Virus record (IMG/VR): IMGVR_UViG_3300037485_002668
Location: 35,245 to 99,244 of that record
Direction: 5' to 3' (one strand)
Source of the DNA: a virus
DNA: 64,000 nucleotides
Each line of letters begins with the position of its first letter. Positions within the stretch are counted from its first letter, which is position 1. This document shows, in pieces, positions 28,714 through 37,592 of this stretch. Below the pieces are notes generated by a model, which did no database searches, had not been told where the DNA came from, and was given only the letters and a program-made list of their open reading frames with translations. Position numbers and translations under genes: made by a program.

Positions 28714-29436
28714 TTAAATTTCCTGTGGTTCCTGTTTTAGTTGCGCAACGATTTGGAACTTTTCGATTTCGGAATTGCGGGGTTGTTGAAAATAGAAAAT
28801 ATCGTCTTCCCAGGGGATCGGGCGGCGGCGACCCACGCCACAAGGAAGTGGTTTGAACACGTCTTCAAAAGTACGGTGAAACAATGGTTCCGGATATTCG
28901 TTGGTATTCAGGCCGTCCAGGATTTCCGGGCTGGAAGTGCGATAGATGAATTCCCGCAGGAAATCGTGACGGATCCAAATCAGTGATTGTTCCGCCCAGC
29001 CGGGCATAAACGAAATCCCTTCGCCAAAACCGTAACTAATGGGGCAGGTTTGAAGGTACGGGATTAATTTTTCCACGCCCCAGACCAGACAATCCTGTTC
29101 AACGAATAACAGGTCGAAATGGTTCATTAAGGCGTATTGGGCGGCCATAATCAACGTGGCGTGGAAATCGTGCTGGTGGGGGAGTTGCTGCGCGTCCAGG
29201 TAGCCGGTGACGATGGTTTGGGAAATGGGCTGAAAGTATTTCAACGGCAACACGGGCGGAGTCGGGCAGTTGGAAACGTAAATGAAATAGTGCGCGGGTT
29301 TCAGCCATTTTTCCAGCGGGGGGAGCCAGTAATGGTTGAGCCAGTACGGATCCAGGCACTGTTGGCTGCGGTTGGGGTTGGCGTGGGCGGTAGGGGCGCT
29401 GAACCAACCGGTGGCGAGGAGGAGGTTTTTGAACAT
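28714..29436 (-). CDS. Putative GT-A fold sugar transferase-like protein
   Basis: LFVEQDCLV (DxD-like) motif; cargo context. Confidence 0.4.
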   Translation of the reverse strand: MFKNLLLATGWFSAPTAHANPNRSQQCLDPYWLNHYWLPPLEKWLKPAHYFIYVSNCPTPPVLPLKYFQPISQTIVTGYLDAQQLPHQHDFHATLIMAAQYALMNHFDLLFVEQDCLVWGVEKLIPYLQTCPISYGFGEGISFMPGWAEQSLIWIRHDFLREFIYRTSSPEILDGLNTNEYPEPLFHRTFEDVFKPLPCGVGRRRPIPWEDDIFYFQQPRNSEIEKFQIVAQLKQEPQEI

Positions 29437-29459
29437 AGTTTTTTCCTTCCATTGGTTTT

Positions 29460-29726
29460 TTAATCACCAATTTTTTCAGATATCTTTTTTAATTCGCCGG
29501 CAAACCATATAAATTCAGTATTTTTGGCTGCTCTGTCTTCCAGCATATTACTTAATATTTCTAGTTTTTGTTTTGCCCACGACAGCCGGTTCTTTCTCGA
29601 AATGTTTTTCGATAATTCAGTACTAATAAATTCAAATGCCCAGGATGGTATTTCAAAAAATCCGACTTCAGGAATTTTGTTTAAAGGATAGCCATAATTT
29701 CCGGGATAAAATTTGATAGTTTCCAT
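29460..29726 (-). CDS. Hypothetical protein
   Basis: ORF after a repeat copy, SD AGGA. Confidence 0.6.
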   Translation of the reverse strand: METIKFYPGNYGYPLNKIPEVGFFEIPSWAFEFISTELSKNISRKNRLSWAKQKLEILSNMLEDRAAKNTEFIWFAGELKKISEKIGD

Positions 29727-29743
29727 AATAATTCCTGTTTTTT

Positions 29744-29780
29744 GCTGTCAATCATCATTCCACCCAGGCAAGCTGGGTGG
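29744..29780 (-). repeat. 37-bp junction element, copy 7 (downstream of cysH)
   Basis: GCTGTCAATCAT-CATT-CCACCCAG-GCAAG-CTGGGTGG. Confidence 0.95.
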
Positions 29781-29804
29781 TGTGGATTAAATTTTTTTAT
29801 ACCT

Positions 29805-30548
29805 TCAAAGATAACTTCTGATTTCAGGACATTTCGTAACTAAAAAATTGAACTGCTCAGGATAGTTCCGTTTCAAAAACAGATAAAATCCACGCTCGCC
29901 AATACTTAAAATATACCAATTTACACGAATCCACTCACGTTCCGGAATCGTATTGGCTTTTAAATAAATCGGATGGTATTCGTAGTCCGAATGAGTTATA
30001 AAAGAAAAAATATCATTGGCGTCTAAATAGGCGACGGGATAACAACTAAAAGCCTTAAAAGATTTGTTAAAAAAATAAGTGCCATTGACGCCAATGGTCA
30101 TTTTACGGGCACGGCTTTCCTGAACCCGGATCCCGGTAATCACCAGGTCATATTCCTTGTTCGTATTCCACCAGGGTTTTAAAATTTCCTTATTGACTTT
30201 ATTAATCGCCGTCAAATCAAAATACCCGGCCGTTAACTTTGCAATCAAAGGGTCAATCTTGGGATTAATTTCCCTTAAATTAAAGCCCAATTTTTCAGCG
30301 GCGGCCTTTACAAATGAATCAGTTTCAGGAAATTCGTAACCACTATTGAACCAAACCAACTCAGGCGTAAGGTTCAACTGTTTACACAAAATCGCACAGG
30401 TCAAGGAGTCTTTGCCGCCGCTAAAAGACAACGCTATTTTCTGTTTATTTTTACTGGCATTCTCCAGGATCAATTTGGCCCGTTTTATTTTTAGCATGAC
30501 CCGATTATTTTGATAATTCATCAAATCGAATTGCGTAAATTTATGCAC
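29805..30548 (-). CDS. cysH: PAPS-reductase family (CysH-like) protein of type IV-B CRISPR-Cas
   Basis: SFSGGKDS PP-loop, GIRVQESRAR; adjacent to csf genes. Confidence 0.85.
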   Translation of the reverse strand: MHKFTQFDLMNYQNNRVMLKIKRAKLILENASKNKQKIALSFSGGKDSLTCAILCKQLNLTPELVWFNSGYEFPETDSFVKAAAEKLGFNLREINPKIDPLIAKLTAGYFDLTAINKVNKEILKPWWNTNKEYDLVITGIRVQESRARKMTIGVNGTYFFNKSFKAFSCYPVAYLDANDIFSFITHSDYEYHPIYLKANTIPEREWIRVNWYILSIGERGFYLFLKRNYPEQFNFLVTKCPEIRSYL

Positions 30549-30551
30549 GGT

Positions 30552-31307
30552 CTACGCCCTGGCCAATGGTTTCAACTTAGTACCCGCAGGATATGAATTT
30601 ACTGGCTTTGAATTTATACCATAATACGGCGGACAAATTGGGCGCATTTCTATAAAATCATTTTCAGGAAACCAGCCTTTTTGTTTACAATAATCGACAG
30701 GCAAAGGACGCATTAATTTATCATAACGCATTAATGCAAAAGACGAATTGCCATTTTGTTTTTCAATTTCCCAGGTACATTCACCCCAACCGACACTATG
30801 CTTTTTACCGATATGAGCGGGATTGGGGATTATTTTTTTCAGCAATTCGATATTGCCTTCGCCAAAAATTTTATAATGCTTACGGTCAGAATATAAAGTT
30901 GGCATCAGATACGATTTAAAATCGCCTTGTTGGACGGAAACGCGTTTTGCATTTACCGAATTTAATAGTCGCTTTTCAAAACGTTTAGTCCAGTAAGTTG
31001 ATTTTTCAGGCAAATCAAAGAGATAACTACACATATAAAAAAAAGTATCTTTAAACTGGACTTTAAAAAGTGGAATCGTAATGGGCACCAACTCATCATG
31101 ATCATAACTCAAATTGAAATAATCAGATTGCAATACGTAAAGCATGGTATAGTGTGCAATCACCGAATCAAACGCCAAAATATCATTGCCACTGCGACCT
31201 GTTTTAAATTCAAGATGAATGATAAAATTTTCATTCAGTGCGCTTTTACGGGTCAGATTATTCCAATTTTCGACTTTGTTTAAAATTGAAGGTTCTAATT
31301 TTCGCAA
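30552..31307 (-). CDS. csf3: Type IV Cas5-like RAMP (Csf3)
   Basis: LAFDSVIA, IGKKHSVGWG glycine loop, RPLP, RPICPPYY. Confidence 0.8.
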   Translation of the reverse strand: MRKLEPSILNKVENWNNLTRKSALNENFIIHLEFKTGRSGNDILAFDSVIAHYTMLYVLQSDYFNLSYDHDELVPITIPLFKVQFKDTFFYMCSYLFDLPEKSTYWTKRFEKRLLNSVNAKRVSVQQGDFKSYLMPTLYSDRKHYKIFGEGNIELLKKIIPNPAHIGKKHSVGWGECTWEIEKQNGNSSFALMRYDKLMRPLPVDYCKQKGWFPENDFIEMRPICPPYYGINSKPVNSYPAGTKLKPLARA

Positions 31308-31318
31308 GGTAGCATCCG

Positions 31319-32506
31319 TTATTTTTTTAAATTTAACTGGTTCAGAGTGGCTTTAATTGCATCGCGCTGATTTGTTAAAAATGAATTTGCTAAAGTCGGA
31401 TCTAATTGCTGATCGTAACAGACGTTAATTTTCCCAAAACCCGCCCGGCTCATGCCACCGATTTTTCCATCTTCAGCAAAGAGAGTTAGCATCAAATGCA
31501 AAAAGGCGGTTTCAACTTCATTCAAATAAAAATGATCAACCGACCAATTAAACAGACAGCCCGCTTCCATCGCCAAAATAGAATAAAACATCTGAACATG
31601 CGAACCGCCCAATTCAGCCTGCCATTCTGGCGTAATAGCACCTTCATAATCATCTACCCGCGTCATGAAATATTCTTTAAGATAGCTAATCGCAGGCCGG
31701 TCATTCTGGCCGTTTTCCATACAATGTAAATGGGCAAAATTGACATTTATTTTGCCGGGCAAATCTTCGTTTCCAATCATGGCGCCTAAAATAGACAAAA
31801 ACGGCAATTTTTCACGTAGCTCCCGTTTGGTTGCAATATCCACAAATCCAGTCGATTTGGTTAACATACCGCCGCTAAAAAGAGTATGGTAAGCTTTCGG
31901 TTCATAAATTTGATGGGGGTCGGCGTTCTCAAAAACAATTTTTGTGACATAAGCCATAAGTTGATCCCGCATCCGGCCACGAATTGAATTGCCTGGGATA
32001 GTCGGAACCAAGAAGTCTGATTCGGTAGTAAGGATGTCTTCAGAAATAACGAACCCCTCGCGGAAATTGAAGGATTCGGTTTGGTAAATGGCCGCAGCTA
32101 CGAACAGATCAATATTTTCACGCGCCCACTGAAGAATGTTCAAATTTTCATCTTTTGAAAGTCCGAAAGCAAATTTAGTGGTATATTGATAAAAAGACGG
32201 CTCCGCTATTGGCAGGTGTTTTAAAAGATTAGTAAAAAATTGGGAGATCGTCGAGCTACACAAAGCGGCAAACACACGATCCCGAAACGCTTCGGTAAAT
32301 GAACGGGAACCAAAATTATCTTTATTGCAGTTACGATAAAACGAACCGACACATTTAATAAGCTCTTCAGCGATTTCTTTTTTAATAACAATCGTTTTTT
32401 TTGAATGCGGGACATGAATCATATAGGGAAGCTGAATGTTCCCCGATTTATCCCCACCTACGAAAACAGGGTCAATTGCGGTAATCGTTGCGTTTATTCT
32501 GGACAT
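31319..32506 (-). CDS. csf2: Type IV Cas7-like backbone (Csf2) with an inserted helical Cas11/Csf4-like domain
   Basis: VPTIPGNSIRGRMRD, LFSGG, LP.LS.LG..IGN..L.GK, IGGMSRAGFG; helical insertion at ~aa 40-145. Confidence 0.85.
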   Translation of the reverse strand: MSRINATITAIDPVFVGGDKSGNIQLPYMIHVPHSKKTIVIKKEIAEELIKCVGSFYRNCNKDNFGSRSFTEAFRDRVFAALCSSTISQFFTNLLKHLPIAEPSFYQYTTKFAFGLSKDENLNILQWARENIDLFVAAAIYQTESFNFREGFVISEDILTTESDFLVPTIPGNSIRGRMRDQLMAYVTKIVFENADPHQIYEPKAYHTLFSGGMLTKSTGFVDIATKRELREKLPFLSILGAMIGNEDLPGKINVNFAHLHCMENGQNDRPAISYLKEYFMTRVDDYEGAITPEWQAELGGSHVQMFYSILAMEAGCLFNWSVDHFYLNEVETAFLHLMLTLFAEDGKIGGMSRAGFGKINVCYDQQLDPTLANSFLTNQRDAIKATLNQLNLKK

Positions 32507-33183
32507 GTTTTTACCTCTTCTGTTTTGATTTTATAAAGTGAATTAACCATTAATTTAAATTGTTCCGTATGTCGGACGGGTTGTAATTTTTTATAATCCG
32601 AAAAACTTAGGCTGTACTTTTGAAATTTCCAGGGTGGAATCGTACCGGCCAGCAGTTCATCTTTGGTACATTTATTTTCATAAAATGATTTTGCGATTTT
32701 ATAAAAATCAAACCACCGGGAGCGTTCAAACTGGATATTCAAGTTGTCAGTACAGACGTAAAATAATGCTGAATTATGTGAAACAAGCGACTTAAAAGCA
32801 ATATGTTTTTTCCCGCTCTGGCTAAAAACCAGAATAAACGGCGGGTTAAACGAATGTTCAAATAGATAGAACGGCTTTTCACTAAAGTCGATTTTAATAA
32901 ATTGATTGTTTTCTACCAGGTACGAATACAATCGCAAGCCACACCGCGCACCTTTGGGGCTTGCCAGGCTTTCATCGGAAAGTGAAAAAACGCAAAAATC
33001 ACAAAGTACGTCGGATTGTTTGTACCTCAGCATATTATAATCGGTAAAGTTGCCTGAAAAAATCTCTTTAGCTTTACGCCATTCTGACATGATTCGCGTG
33101 CCACCACATAGACAGCAGGTTTGGTCAGAATCGATTCCTGGCTTTTGCGTGATGGCGGTTACGATAAATTCTGTGTTGGTCAT
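32494..33183 (-). CDS. csf1: Type IV Cas8-like large subunit (Csf1)
   Basis: CCLCG...FSGNFTDY...SDVLCDFC zinc finger; PPF...SQSGKKH motif. Confidence 0.8.
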   Translation of the reverse strand: MTNTEFIVTAITQKPGIDSDQTCCLCGGTRIMSEWRKAKEIFSGNFTDYNMLRYKQSDVLCDFCVFSLSDESLASPKGARCGLRLYSYLVENNQFIKIDFSEKPFYLFEHSFNPPFILVFSQSGKKHIAFKSLVSHNSALFYVCTDNLNIQFERSRWFDFYKIAKSFYENKCTKDELLAGTIPPWKFQKYSLSFSDYKKLQPVRHTEQFKLMVNSLYKIKTEEVKTCPE

Positions 33184-33197
33184 GTGGCCTCTTTTTG

Positions 33198-33234
33198 GCT
33201 GTCAATCATGATTCCACACGGGCAGGCCGTGTGG
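33198..33234 (-). repeat. 37-bp junction element, copy 8 (upstream of csf1)
   Basis: GCTGTCAATCAT-GATT-CCACACGG-GCAGG-CCGTGTGG. Confidence 0.95.
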
Positions 33235-33244
33235 TGATATTGGG

Positions 33245-34003
33245 TTATTCAAGTAATGTCAGGTATTCGTTCCAAATCCAGGTGTCACGGATGTCTTTTA
33301 ATTCGGATTTGGGCCAGGTGTCGGGCTGGCGTTCGACCAGGGATTTATAATGCGCGCCCCAATAAATGAGATCCATTTTCTTTTCCCAGGCCAGTGTACG
33401 GCGGGCAAGTTCGGCCTCTTTGCGCTGACGCCAATCGGAACGGAGCCAATAGTGCAAGGTTACGAGTTCATCGTGTTGCAGGATTTGGCGATTGGGGGCG
33501 GCCAGGCGTTCACCGTCAATTTCCAGGTCGGCGTGGTATTTGAACGCTAACTGGATGGGTAAATCGACTTTGTCTTTATAAAAAAAGTATTGGGTGCGGG
33601 GGTCAAAATGGTCGTTTTCGTCACCCGTGTAAAAGAAATTGAAAATATGCGCGAAGTCGATGGTATTGAAACCCTGAGCGTCTGCCAGTTCGATAAAGCT
33701 GCGCAAGGTGCGATGACGGCGGACGTAATAGAACATGTCCATACCGGCAATGACCGCCCAATCGGGTTTTAATTTATGCACGGCGGCGGTGTACTGGGCG
33801 TTCAATTTGGCCAGGGAAAAGATACCCTGGGTGTTGAACCGCTCGCCGGGGCAGCCGTTGGCCTGAAGATATTCCCATGAGCCGTCGGAGGACATGTTAT
33901 CCAGCGAATAGACGGCGTCGAATTCCTGTTCTTTGGCGTATTGGAGTTTGTATGGGAGCAAGGCCAGTTCGTTGTACAGGCATTGAAATAAAATGATTTT
34001 CAT
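33245..34003 (-). CDS. Glycosyltransferase family 2-like
   Basis: YNE...LDNMSSDGSWEYL...PDW motif. Confidence 0.8.
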   Translation of the reverse strand: MKIILFQCLYNELALLPYKLQYAKEQEFDAVYSLDNMSSDGSWEYLQANGCPGERFNTQGIFSLAKLNAQYTAAVHKLKPDWAVIAGMDMFYYVRRHRTLRSFIELADAQGFNTIDFAHIFNFFYTGDENDHFDPRTQYFFYKDKVDLPIQLAFKYHADLEIDGERLAAPNRQILQHDELVTLHYWLRSDWRQRKEAELARRTLAWEKKMDLIYWGAHYKSLVERQPDTWPKSELKDIRDTWIWNEYLTLLE

Positions 34004-34021
34004 AAATAGATTCTCAGGTTT

Positions 34022-34870
34022 TTATTTACTCAAATTTTGTTCGGGATAAAGTTCCCAAACCTTTTTTTGATTTTGGTTTGCCAAATCCCGGTATTTGGGG
34101 TCGAGCAGTTGCGCCAGTACGGGCGGCGGTACCGTGCTCATTAATTGAAAATGGGTCGCGGGTTTGAAAGGCGGCGACGGGTTCGTGAAAAAATCGTCAC
34201 GGTTGGAAACGTTATTCAATCCCGAAGTGTTCAGACTTAAATGGAAATCGGAGTCGGGCGTCCAGTCGACATTTAACGGCGCGGCTTTTTGGGCGGTGAA
34301 TTGTTGGAAAAGCCAATGGTCTACAAAACGGCGGGTCTGGCTGACGGGAACTTTTCGGAACCAGTCGGTTTTAGCGCCTATGTCCAATGAGCAGCGGGAA
34401 CTGGAGGGGACGGGGTAACTCTGATAATCAAATTCCAGGGTGCGTTGGGACTTGAAATCGAAAAAATAACCACGGCGGGCTTGAATCCAGTCGGGCGGAT
34501 TCGGACTGGAAAAAAGTTCCCAGGAATTACGCAGGCGCAAGGGGTGGGAATAGCAATCCGCCGCCTGGAGTAAGAAACCCAGGGAGGTGGGGCTGGCCAG
34601 GTTCCCCAACAAACGCCATTTTTCGGATAGGGGAATCCAACTTTGCAGGGGAACATATTCGATACGGGCGCAATTGACCAGGGTCAGGCGGTCGGCATAG
34701 GTTTCGATGGCGGCTTGACCTAGCGGAGAATCGAATTGTTCCTCGGCAATCAGGAGTTCCCAGCGGAAATAGGAAAAGATAACGTCCTGGCGGCAAAGGG
34801 ATTCGAGCGCGAGCCAGGCGATGTTCTGGGCGCGATAGAGGGGCAGAGCGACGGTGAGGGTGATGTTCAT
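34022..34870 (-). CDS. GT-A fold glycosyltransferase-like protein
   Basis: LTVALP...ALESLCRQ...WELLI; AADCYSHP.RL. Confidence 0.65.
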   Translation of the reverse strand: MNITLTVALPLYRAQNIAWLALESLCRQDVIFSYFRWELLIAEEQFDSPLGQAAIETYADRLTLVNCARIEYVPLQSWIPLSEKWRLLGNLASPTSLGFLLQAADCYSHPLRLRNSWELFSSPNPPDWIQARRGYFFDFKSQRTLEFDYQSYPVPSSSRCSLDIGAKTDWFRKVPVSQTRRFVDHWLFQQFTAQKAAPLNVDWTPDSDFHLSLNTSGLNNVSNRDDFFTNPSPPFKPATHFQLMSTVPPPVLAQLLDPKYRDLANQNQKKVWELYPEQNLSK

Positions 34871-35184
34871 CTGTAGGGTCCTTGGCTGTCAATCAGGTTT
34901 CCACCTGGCCTGTCCAGGTGGGGGAATAGATTATTTTTTAGTTGTTCGGCTTGTTCGTAGGTGGCGTCATCGACGTAGGATAATTCGGAAAAGCCACTCA
35001 GGGAATAGCCGACAAGCTGGGCAAATTGAATACGGTCTTCGTCTGAAAAATCCATCAGGGCAAGTTTGTTCAGATCATGTGGCCCATGTTCAAGCAAAAA
35101 TTGGACAATGGCATTGGCCTTGAAACGCAACGTGCCATGTTGGTCTTGAATAAGGGGTTGCAGGGGATGGGATTTATTTTCCAT
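34867..35184 (-). CDS. Hypothetical phage protein; 3' end reads through a repeat copy
   Basis: HPLQP...RFKANAIV...QFAQLVGYSLSGF. Confidence 0.75.
   Translation of the reverse strand: MENKSHPLQPLIQDQHGTLRFKANAIVQFLLEHGPHDLNKLALMDFSDEDRIQFAQLVGYSLSGFSELSYVDDATYEQAEQLKNNLFPHLDRPGGNLIDSQGPYR
34885..34921 (-). repeat. 37-bp junction element, copy 9
   Basis: GCTGTCAATCAG-GTTT-CCACCTGG-CCTGT-CCAGGTGG. Confidence 0.9.
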
Positions 35185-35185
35185 G

Positions 35186-35222
35186 GCTGTAAGTCATCCT
35201 TCCACACGGGCGAGCCGTGTGG
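35186..35222 (-). repeat. 37-bp junction element, copy 10
   Basis: GCTGTAAGTCAT-CCTT-CCACACGG-GCGAG-CCGTGTGG. Confidence 0.9.
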
Positions 35223-35236
35223 TGAGTGGTGTATGG

Positions 35237-35548
35237 TTAATTGCGCGGGGGGATTAGGTTTTTGTCCCGCAAATATAGAATTAATTCTTTGACCAGCTTT
35301 TTGCTGGCAACGAAACTTAGAATACCCATCACTAAACGGGTTTTGCGGCTGAGGCCGTAAGAGGCGTTTTCGATGGCGCTGACCCGATTTTTGGGATGGG
35401 AGAAACCCAGTAGTTCGCCGAACAATCGTTGCGAAATGCCGAGGCATTGGCGCAAGCGATAGACGGGGTGTTGACGTTTTTTGAGGGCTTTGGCGGAAAC
35501 CTTCGGGACGGAACTGGTTTTCGGGAGGTAATTTACGGTTTTTTTCAT
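35237..35548 (-). CDS. Cro/XRE-like HTH protein
   Basis: RLRQCLGISQRLFGELLG...VSAIEN. Confidence 0.7.
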   Translation of the reverse strand: MKKTVNYLPKTSSVPKVSAKALKKRQHPVYRLRQCLGISQRLFGELLGFSHPKNRVSAIENASYGLSRKTRLVMGILSFVASKKLVKELILYLRDKNLIPPRN

Positions 35549-35557
35549 TAATAGTCA
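35529..35557 (-). promoter_or_regulatory. Candidate sigma70 promoter overlapping the HTH gene start
   Basis: TTGACT-17 bp-TAAATT. Confidence 0.45.
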
Positions 35558-35598
35558 AGCAAAATTTTCAAAAATTTTTAGGGTTTGCTGGCGGAAAA

Positions 35599-36531
35599 TT
35601 AAGCAGGCAGGGTTTCGTCAAAAAAAGTTGGCGCTTTAACACGGTCTTCTATGCGTGTGCTGGCGGTTTGAAAATACTTGGGATCCTTTTCGATACAAAT
35701 CCACTTTCGGTTCGTGTTCATGGCGGCGATGGCAGTGGTACCGGAACCCGCGAAGCCGTCAAATACGGTATCGCCTTCGGATGTGTAGGTGCGAATCAGG
35801 TATTGAAAAAGTTCAATAGGTTTCTTTGATGGATGTTTAATTTTATAACGGCCTGATGTCAATGACTGAATTTTAATAATATCTATCGGATGTTTTTTAC
35901 CATCAAATGCAAGTTGATGTTCTTGAGGCCGACAGTTGGAATAATGGCTACTCTTTATATCACTTTTTCTACATTTTACTATTGCCTTCTCGCCTATTTT
36001 AAAACGTTTTAAAGATGATTCACTTCTAAATACACGGATTGGATTAAAAGTAAAACAGCTATCTTTAGAAAAAATCAAAACTTGTTCCTGTACTTTAAAT
36101 GGACGTACCTTTAAATTCATAAAATTTGAATTACCTCCTTTATCCCAAATCCACTCATATTTGAATCCATCTAACCAACTAATCACCAACAGGCTCGTAA
36201 ACGGCTGGCTACCAGTTAAGACAATCGCGCCGTTATCTTTGATGATTCGCTTGCGGGATTCCCAGTATTGCACCAGGTCAATTGGTAGTTTAAACAAGCG
36301 TTTGACAAAAGATTTTAACATATCCAGGTAAGCTTGATTTTCGCCGGGGTATTTTAACGCCTTCAGCCAGTTCAAGAAAGCGATTTGTTCGGCGTTGATT
36401 TGAGGCTTATCGAAAGCGCAGGCGGTGATGCCATAAGGGAGATCTTCGAGGATCATATCGATACTCTTATCGGGAACGTCACGAATCAGTTCAAAGGAAT
36501 CACCTAAATAAAGTTTGTTTAGTTCGAGCAT
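35599..36531 (-). CDS. DNA methyltransferase, N6/N4 beta class
   Basis: DLPYG, HPSKKP, DGFAGSGTT. Confidence 0.9.
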   Translation of the reverse strand: MLELNKLYLGDSFELIRDVPDKSIDMILEDLPYGITACAFDKPQINAEQIAFLNWLKALKYPGENQAYLDMLKSFVKRLFKLPIDLVQYWESRKRIIKDNGAIVLTGSQPFTSLLVISWLDGFKYEWIWDKGGNSNFMNLKVRPFKVQEQVLIFSKDSCFTFNPIRVFRSESSLKRFKIGEKAIVKCRKSDIKSSHYSNCRPQEHQLAFDGKKHPIDIIKIQSLTSGRYKIKHPSKKPIELFQYLIRTYTSEGDTVFDGFAGSGTTAIAAMNTNRKWICIEKDPKYFQTASTRIEDRVKAPTFFDETLPA

Positions 36532-37592
36532 GGCTGTTTCTCTGGTAAAATTGGGGTTGGTAGTTGACCTTTGCGCCAGCGGCGGAACATTTGTTTTAGT
36601 TCCAGGGCGCGGTGGTAATAGGTATGGTATTTTTCAATCAGACGGCGGCCAGACTGACCAATACGCACCGCGGCGGACGGGTGGCGGCGATAGTAATCGA
36701 TTAATTCAAATAGTTCCTGAATATTTTCGTACCAGACCAGGTGCTTGCGGTTCACAAACATTTCTTCAATACCGGCGAATTTGGTGACCAGAAACATGCG
36801 CCCCGTGGCCAGGCTGAGCCAGGTACGGTTGGACGTGGAACCATAAATTTCCCGATAATTTTGCACGCCCAAAACAATCCGGGCGCGGGACATCTGGTAA
36901 TTGGCATCGGATTCGAACGCGGCGGGCAGGTAAAAACACAATTGTTTCGGATCCCACCAGCGACCAACTATTAACATCTTGTACTGCCAGGCGGTGTTGT
37001 AAATTAAAAACTGGCGTTCCCGATTGGAATAGTCCAGGTAACGGGGCTGGGTAGATTTGTCGGAACCGATAAAAATCAGGTCAAAATCGCAGCGGTCTAA
37101 ATTATAATGCAGGGGATAATAAATTTCGGGATCAACGCCCTGGTGCCAGCATTGGATATTTTGCACGCCGGCGGTTTGGTAATTTTGCCATTGGGGGGGA
37201 TCCTGGTTATTCAGGAATAAGGCGTCACAAACTTTGCCCAGTTCGGATACGCGGCGGGTGAGAGCGCGATCCTGGTCGTAGAAATAAAAAAACGTGAACA
37301 TATCGGGGAACAATTCTTTAAACATTTTAATCTTCGCAGGGGTGGCGCTGTTATCGCTGAGCATCAGGATATCGGGGTGGAATTTAGCTACCTGATCTAA
37401 CAGCATTTCCGCCCAACTGGCGCCATGCTGAAGATGGCCGCCGCGATTATCGATTAAACGAACATTAAAACCCGCCTTTTTCAAGCCACGCAGCAATCCC
37501 GAACGGTGATACGGTGAAAAATTAGGTTCCAATTTTTGCCAGAAACTGCTATTTTCATAAGGCGCCAGGTGCATTAACTTTAAACGTGCCAT
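36519..37592 (-). CDS. GT-B glycosyltransferase (CgeB / Glyco_trans_1_2-like)
   Basis: GVDPEIYYP, DLIFIGS, ARIVLG...SNRTW..LATG. Confidence 0.8.
   Translation of the reverse strand: MARLKLMHLAPYENSSFWQKLEPNFSPYHRSGLLRGLKKAGFNVRLIDNRGGHLQHGASWAEMLLDQVAKFHPDILMLSDNSATPAKIKMFKELFPDMFTFFYFYDQDRALTRRVSELGKVCDALFLNNQDPPQWQNYQTAGVQNIQCWHQGVDPEIYYPLHYNLDRCDFDLIFIGSDKSTQPRYLDYSNRERQFLIYNTAWQYKMLIVGRWWDPKQLCFYLPAAFESDANYQMSRARIVLGVQNYREIYGSTSNRTWLSLATGRMFLVTKFAGIEEMFVNRKHLVWYENIQELFELIDYYRRHPSAAVRIGQSGRRLIEKYHTYYHRALELKQMFRRWRKGQLPTPILPEKQPCSN

Noticed and set aside
29805-30548. DndC/SspD phosphorothioation or sulfate-assimilation gene
   Set aside because: No other dnd, ssp or cys genes; the operon context is csf1-csf2-csf3.
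33198-33234. TTGACA in the element box as a standard sigma70 -35 site
   Set aside because: No consistent -10 hexamer 16-18 nt downstream, and that position often falls inside the next CDS.
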